A stretch of 64,000 bases of DNA, from the NCBI GenBank assembly GCA_945915475.1, contig CAMEFI010000015.1:3277-67276 (forward strand), given 5' to 3'. The notes under the pieces are model-generated. The model was not told where the DNA came from, made no database searches, and was given only the letters and a program-made list of their open reading frames with translations. Positions 58,708 through 64,000 of the stretch are shown here, one piece after another; within the stretch, counting starts at the first letter, position 1; each line of letters begins with the position of its first letter. Position numbers and translations under genes: made by a program. Source of the stretch: an uncultured Clostridium sp. (GTDB lineage Bacteria > Bacillota > Clostridia > Lachnospirales > Lachnospiraceae).

Positions 58708-61353
58708 TTTCAATCTATCCTGTAGATCATTCAGATATAACAGTGCTTTCATGGGCGTCATATTAGATAAGTCAAGCGCCTTGATATCCGCCACCACGCT
58801 GGATTCCTCTGCATTGCCAAAGAAGGAAAGCTGTCCGGCAGTATCTTTGCTCTTTCTGCCCTTTCCCTTAGAACCGGTATCTTCTAACACCTTTGGTATA
58901 ATATCCGTTGCAGCAGTTACCGTAATATCGTGCTCGGATAATTCAGCTGCAATCTCCTTTGCACGGGCAAGTACAACCTCCGGAACTCCAGCTAATTTTG
59001 CAACCTGAATACCGTAGCTTTTATCCGCACCGCCTTTGATAATCTTACGAAGAAATACAATATCATCCCCGGATTCCTTTACCGAGATGCAGTAATTGTT
59101 CACGCTGTCTAATTTTCCCTCTAATTCCGTCAGTTCATGGTAATGGGTGGCAAATAATGTCTTTGCCCCTAATAAATCCTTGGAACTTATATATTCCACC
59201 ACCGCCCAGGCAATGGAAAGTCCATCATAGGTGGAGGTTCCCCGTCCGATTTCATCTAATATCAGCAGACTGTTAGATGTGGCATTTCTTAAAATATTTG
59301 CCACTTCGCTCATCTCCACCATAAAGGTACTCTGTCCGGAGGCAAGATCATCGGAAGCTCCCACACGGGTAAAGATTCGATCCACAATACCTATATCTGC
59401 CGAAGCTGCCGGTACAAAAGAGCCAATCTGTGCCATCAGTACGATCAATGCCACCTGGCGCATATAGGTGGATTTGCCCGCCATATTCGGTCCGGTAATG
59501 ATGGATACCCGATTCAAATCATTATCCAACAAGGTGTCGTTGGTGATAAAGGAATCATTATCCAGTACCTTTTCCACCACAGGGTGCCGTCCCTCTTTAA
59601 TCTCAATCCGTCCCTCCGTGTTAATGGATGGTCTGACAAAATGATTCTTCTCTGCCACATAGGCAAGGGATGCCAAAGCGTCCAGATCTGCGATGATTTT
59701 TGCAGCTTTCTGGACACGTTTTACCTCTTTTGCAAGATTATCTCTGACTTCCACAAATAAATCGTATTCTAAGCCAAATAAACGATCCTCCGCACCAAGA
59801 ATCTTGCCTGCAATATCCTCTAATTCATCGGAGGAATAGCGCTCTGAATTGGCGAGGGTCTGTTTTCGGATAAAATGCTCCGGTACAAGCTCCTTATAGG
59901 AGTTGGTCACATCAAAATAATACCCAAAAACCTTGTTGAATTTGATTTTCAGATTCTTGATTCCCGTTGCCTCCCGTTCCTTAGTTTCCAAATCAATGAG
60001 CCAGCTTTTTCCATCGGACTTGGCATTTTTTAAAATATCTACCGTTTCGTTGTAGCCGTCTTTGATGATACCACCCTCTTTTACAAGAATTGGCGGTTCC
60101 TCCACGATGGCTGTTTCAATGGTATCATAAAGGTCTGTAAGCTCGTCCAGCTCCCTTTCGTATTCTGCAAGCAATCCTTTGTCAAATTCCTGTAAAATAG
60201 CTTTTACATGGGGCAGAATGGCAATGGAATTCTTAAAGGCAATCAAATCTCTTGGATTTGCCGTTTTCAGTGTAATTCTCGTCATGAGACGCTCTAAATC
60301 ATAAACAGCATTCAGATATTCCCTTAATTCATCTCTGGTAATCATGGAATTGTTAAGGGCTTCTATGGCATCTAAACGGTTCTCTATCACTTCCCTGCGG
60401 ATGCATGGCTGTTCCACCATGGAACGCAGTGTTCTTGCTCCCATGGCGGTTTTCGTTTTATCAAGCACCCATAGCAGAGAGCCGCGTTTATTCTTATCCC
60501 GCATGGTCTCGCAAAGCTCCAGATTCCGTCTGGAAGCGCTGTCTAACACTACAAAATCCTCCACATGATAGGTGCTGATGTGGTTGATATGCTCCACAGC
60601 ACCCTTTTGTGTATCCTTCAGATAATACAAAAGACAACCTACAGAGCGGACTGCCTGTGGGTAATCCTTTAACCCTAATCCCTCAATATTCATCATATGG
60701 AACTGTTCTTTGATCAAACGCTCATCCATATCGTAGTCGTAATACCAGTCTTCCATAACGGTAATCATGGTATGCTCCTTTTCCCGAAGAGCCGACAGGC
60801 TTACCCCGATGCTTCCCTGTTCCTCTAAGGAAACGGCTCCGTTTACCAAAATCTCCACCGGCGAAAACTTTGATATCTCATCCATTACCTTTGCAAAGGT
60901 TTCCACCTCCGTGGTATAAAAATCTCCTGTGGTAATGTCTACAAAAGAAATGCCAAAGCATTTATCATAGAAAATGCTCATTAGGTAATTGTTCTTTGCT
61001 TCATTGAGACTTCCGGTACTCATATTGGTTCCCGGAGTCACAACTTTTATTACTTCACGTTTCACAAGGCCTTTTGCCTGTTTTGGATCTTCTACCTGTT
61101 CACAGATAGCAACCTTATACCCCTTTTCCACCAGACGGTTCAAATAATTTTCATACGCATGATACGGAATACCACACATAGGAGCACGTTCCTCCATACC
61201 GCAGTCTTTGCCGGTCAAGGTGATTTCCAACTCTTTCGATGCCGTTATGGCATCATCAAAAAACATTTCATAAAAATCGCCTAACCGGTAAAACAGGATA
61301 CAGTCCTTGTACTCTTCTTTAGTTTTACAGTACATTTCCATCATTGGTGTCAT
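58705..61353 (-). CDS. mutS: DNA mismatch repair protein MutS
   Basis: Mismatch-binding N-domain (FYRLGDFYEMFF), Walker A GPNMAGKST and the ILDEIGRGTST block. The stop codon (CTA at 58705-58707) is the element terminus. Confidence 0.95.
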   Translation of the reverse strand: MTPMMEMYCKTKEEYKDCILFYRLGDFYEMFFDDAITASKELEITLTGKDCGMEERAPMCGIPYHAYENYLNRLVEKGYKVAICEQVEDPKQAKGLVKREVIKVVTPGTNMSTGSLNEAKNNYLMSIFYDKCFGISFVDITTGDFYTTEVETFAKVMDEISKFSPVEILVNGAVSLEEQGSIGVSLSALREKEHTMITVMEDWYYDYDMDERLIKEQFHMMNIEGLGLKDYPQAVRSVGCLLYYLKDTQKGAVEHINHISTYHVEDFVVLDSASRRNLELCETMRDKNKRGSLLWVLDKTKTAMGARTLRSMVEQPCIRREVIENRLDAIEALNNSMITRDELREYLNAVYDLERLMTRITLKTANPRDLIAFKNSIAILPHVKAILQEFDKGLLAEYERELDELTDLYDTIETAIVEEPPILVKEGGIIKDGYNETVDILKNAKSDGKSWLIDLETKEREATGIKNLKIKFNKVFGYYFDVTNSYKELVPEHFIRKQTLANSERYSSDELEDIAGKILGAEDRLFGLEYDLFVEVRDNLAKEVKRVQKAAKIIADLDALASLAYVAEKNHFVRPSINTEGRIEIKEGRHPVVEKVLDNDSFITNDTLLDNDLNRVSIITGPNMAGKSTYMRQVALIVLMAQIGSFVPAASADIGIVDRIFTRVGASDDLASGQSTFMVEMSEVANILRNATSNSLLILDEIGRGTSTYDGLSIAWAVVEYISSKDLLGAKTLFATHYHELTELEGKLDSVNNYCISVKESGDDIVFLRKIIKGGADKSYGIQVAKLAGVPEVVLARAKEIAAELSEHDITVTAATDIIPKVLEDTGSKGKGRKSKDTAGQLSFFGNAEESSVVADIKALDLSNMTPMKALLYLNDLQDRLK

Positions 61354-61390
61354 TGTGTCTGCCTCTTTCTTTTATCTCACGAATTACTTT

Positions 61391-62815
61391 TTATTCTACC
61401 ATCAGTTCTCCAATATAGTAAAATCCCTTTGCTTCCGTCAGCTTTACATTCTGGAAAGTTCCAATCAAAGATGTGTCTCCCGGAAAATGTACCAGCAAAT
61501 TGTTGGAAAGTCTTCCGGTTAAGAGATTCTCATCCTGTTCGTCTAATCCTTCTACCAAAACCTCCATGGTTTTACCCTGGTCTTTGCTGCAGGTTTCTTT
61601 TGCAATATCCTGCACTTCCTTTAACAGACGGTCAAAGCGTTCTTTAATCTCTTCTTCTGTTGCCGCAAACTCCATAGATGCTGCCGGGGTTCCGGTACGC
61701 TTAGAGTATATAAATGTAAATGCAGAATCAAACCGCACTTTCCTTACCACATCCAGAGTTTCCTCAAAATCTTCTTCTGTTTCCGTCGGGAATCCAACAA
61801 TAATATCCGTTGTAAGGGAAATATCCGGAATTGCGGTTTTGATCTTATCCACCAATGCCAGATAATCTTCCTTTGTATAACGGCGGTTCATGTCCTTAAG
61901 CACCTTTGTACTTCCCGACTGCATTGGCAGGTGTAAATGTTTGCAAATTTTTTTGGATTTTGCCATGACGGTAATCAATTCATCGGATAAATCCTTTGGA
62001 TGGGAAGTCATAAAACGGATTCTTTTTAATCCATCAATCTGTTCCACTTTCTCTAACAACTCTGCAAAGGTAATCGGATTTTCTAAATTCTTTCCGTATG
62101 AATTCACATTCTGACCTAAAAGCATCACTTCCACAACACCGTCTGCAACCAGATTTTCAATTTCATGAATAATATCTTCCGGTTTTCTGGAACGCTCTCG
62201 GCCTCTTACATAAGGTACAATGCAATAACTGCAGAAATTGTTACAGCCAAACATAATATTGACTCCACATTTAAAATCGTACTTGCGGTCAGCAGGAAGA
62301 TCTTCTACAATCTCATCGGTGCCTTCCCAAATATCAATTACCATACCCTTTGTGTTTAATTTCTTTTCAATCAACTCTGCCAGTTTAAAAACATTATGGG
62401 TTCCGAAAATAATATCTACATGGCGGTAGCTTTGTTTGATCTTCTCTACCACCTGGCTTTCCTGCATCATACACCCGCAAAGTGCGATCAGCATATGGGG
62501 ATTTTTTTTCTTGTACTTTTTAAGCTGTCCAAGTCTTCCATAAACACGAAGATTTGCATTTTCACGGACTGTACATGTGTTCATAATCAGGAAATCAGCA
62601 TCTTCCTTTTCCGTACGAATATAACCGATGGTTTCTAAGATTCCTTCTAATTTCTCGCTGTCCTTTGCATTCATCTGACAACCAAAGCAAATGCTGCAAT
62701 AAGTAAGGGGACGCCCTAATTTCTTGGAAAGTTCCGCCAATCGTATTTTCAGACGTGCCATAATTTCTTTCTGTTTTGCAGCTTCTAAGGCATTTATATT
62801 CTGTTCCGTTCTCAT
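61391..62815 (-). CDS. miaB: tRNA-i6A37 methylthiotransferase MiaB
   Basis: UPF0004 N-domain cysteines, radical SAM motif CNNFCSYC and a TRAM domain. Confidence 0.93.
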   Translation of the reverse strand: MRTEQNINALEAAKQKEIMARLKIRLAELSKKLGRPLTYCSICFGCQMNAKDSEKLEGILETIGYIRTEKEDADFLIMNTCTVRENANLRVYGRLGQLKKYKKKNPHMLIALCGCMMQESQVVEKIKQSYRHVDIIFGTHNVFKLAELIEKKLNTKGMVIDIWEGTDEIVEDLPADRKYDFKCGVNIMFGCNNFCSYCIVPYVRGRERSRKPEDIIHEIENLVADGVVEVMLLGQNVNSYGKNLENPITFAELLEKVEQIDGLKRIRFMTSHPKDLSDELITVMAKSKKICKHLHLPMQSGSTKVLKDMNRRYTKEDYLALVDKIKTAIPDISLTTDIIVGFPTETEEDFEETLDVVRKVRFDSAFTFIYSKRTGTPAASMEFAATEEEIKERFDRLLKEVQDIAKETCSKDQGKTMEVLVEGLDEQDENLLTGRLSNNLLVHFPGDTSLIGTFQNVKLTEAKGFYYIGELMVE

Positions 62816-63044
62816 AGGTATCTCCTAAATCATTATTCTTGTTATGGATCCATATCCTAAAAAGCAGTCCTCACCAATATTGGTAATCTAATAAGAATAT
62901 TGCCATATAACAAGATTACGTATAGTATATGGAAATGTATATACAATATCTTGTTGTGGATACAGACACGCACACATATTTACTATACATAAAAATGATT
63001 GAAAATGCAAATATAATCATGAATAAATCACAAAAATACAGTAG

Positions 63045-63080
63045 AAAAGGATTTTCAGAAATATATCTGAAAATCCTTTT
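63045..63080 (-). terminator. Rho-independent terminator downstream of the 63088-63489 gene
   Basis: Perfect 14-bp arms AAAAGGATTTTCAG / CTGAAAATCCTTTT with an 8-nt loop and A/T tracts on both sides. Confidence 0.7.
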
Positions 63081-63087
63081 GAAAAAA

Positions 63088-63489
63088 TCATTCTGTAATT
63101 TCCATTTTGTCAACGGCATCTTTTAATATATCGTATCCTTTTTTGCAATAAGTTATCGTTTCTTTTACTACCGGTTCTTCTTCCTCTAGCTTTTGAATGG
63201 TGAGTTGACATTCCTTCCATGCAAGATCTGCACCATTCCTTATATCCTGCCCACCATATATGTAAAGAGAAAATAACATAATACTCACTAGCAATATGAG
63301 TACTTTCAGCTTAAAGGCCAATCGAAATCCAACCGGTGTCTCCAGGGCCTGCCGTTCTTCTATTGTTGTATATGGGTTCCCATTAAGCTTTCCCTTTCCA
63401 TACACTTCATTCCGGTTCATAGCATGTTGTCTGCGCAATTGTTCTATGAGCTCCCGATATTCCTCGTTCACACCAAACACTCCACACAC
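63088..63489 (-). CDS. Hypothetical single-pass membrane protein
   Basis: 133-aa ORF with a central TM helix (VLILLVSIMLFSLYIYGG). The start codon is uncertain: several GTG candidates and a weak RBS. Confidence 0.55.
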   Translation of the reverse strand: MCGVFGVNEEYRELIEQLRRQHAMNRNEVYGKGKLNGNPYTTIEERQALETPVGFRLAFKLKVLILLVSIMLFSLYIYGGQDIRNGADLAWKECQLTIQKLEEEEPVVKETITYCKKGYDILKDAVDKMEITE

Positions 63490-63535
63490 TTCTATATTCC
63501 ATTCTATGAATAGGAGAATAAATTATTCATAACAA

Positions 63536-64000
63536 TTAATTCTTGAAACTATGAATTGGTGCCGGAATCCGTCCACCGCGATTGATGAAGGCATCACAAC
63601 TGTATTCGTTTACCTTCATAATCGGGGCATATCCTAAAAGTCCGCCAAATTGTAATGTATCCCCAGCCTTCTTGCCAACTGCCGGAATCACCCGGACAGC
63701 AGTTGTCTTCTGATTGACCATTCCAATTGCCATTTCATCTGCAATCAGACCGGATATAGTTGTCGCCTTTGTATCTCCCGGAATGGCAATCATGTCCAGA
63801 CCAACGGAACATACACAGGTCATAGCCTCTAATTTCTCAATTGTAAGAGCACCACAGCTTGCAGCATCAATCATTCTCTGATCCTCTGAAACCGGAATAA
63901 ATGCTCCGGAAAGACCACCAACATAGGAAGATGCCATAACGCCACCTTTCTTTACCTGATCATTTAATAGAGCAAGTGCTGCTGTTGTTCCAGGTGCACC
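63536..64000 (-). CDS. UPF0210 (DUF711) family protein, N-terminal part beyond window edge
   Basis: The frame is open to nt 64000. The C-terminus [13 protein letters not shown] and the preceding blocks are typical of UPF0210. Confidence 0.85.
   Translation of the reverse strand, partial: GAPGTTAALALLNDQVKKGGVMASSYVGGLSGAFIPVSEDQRMIDAASCGALTIEKLEAMTCVCSVGLDMIAIPGDTKATTISGLIADEMAIGMVNQKTTAVRVIPAVGKKAGDTLQFGGLLGYAPIMKVNEYSCDAFINRGGRIPAPIHSFKN

Noticed and set aside
62816-63087. Two overlapping 65-67 aa ORFs in the spacer upstream of miaB.
   Set aside because: They are AT-rich with odd composition and no RBS, and the region contains a clear terminator hairpin. It is best read as a non-coding promoter/terminator spacer.

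Overview
The window looks like a low-GC Firmicutes chromosome, probably Clostridia and Lachnospiraceae-like; this is inferred from gene content, AT richness and gene order. It is almost entirely housekeeping. I call about 67 protein genes and find no rRNA, tRNA or CRISPR.

Nt 1-34319 carry 38 consecutive genes, all on the + strand:
- a partial his operon (hisG-hisD-hisB and a HisF-like/HisIE fusion), alaS and rpsU
- yqfC-yqfD-phoH-ybeY, a DUF3048 lipoprotein, cdd and a hybrid histidine kinase
- two FAD proteins, DUF896, a 5-formyl-THF cyclo-ligase and proA
- a MoxR/VWA/HD trio, a TIGR03960/TIGR03936-like radical SAM pair, a transglutaminase-like protein and RNase G
- rplU-prp-rpmA, obg, yhbY-nadD-yqeK-rsfS and an HD-GYP protein

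From 34477 onward 26 of 29 genes are on the - strand:
- lexA with an SOS-box array and a divergent YneA-like gene, a TtcA-like gene and a Xer-type recombinase
- rluD, lspA, divIVA, sepF, yggS, dac, mgsA and rodA
- minEDC, mrdA, mreDC, miaA, mutL, mutS, miaB and a partial UPF0210 gene

The main signal not explained by genes is four copies of a 206-210 bp element (1962-2167, 20238-20446, 38700-38908, 58498-58707). Each copy has ~21 bp terminal inverted repeats, a GC-rich structured interior and flanking 10-13 bp direct duplications. All four lie in short spacers between co-directional, probably co-transcribed genes. It behaves like a MITE-type nonautonomous mobile element, and no transposase is present in the window. 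Two copies donate the stop codon of the upstream gene. Three copies end 30-31 nt before the next start codon.

Secondary observations:
- a degenerate HisF-like domain fused to HisIE
- an A5-tract frame break in a small gene
- a 13-bp-phased triple SOS box
- a repeat-bearing DivIVA tail
- an orphan mini P-loop protein
- a convergent gene-polarity switch near 34.4 kb
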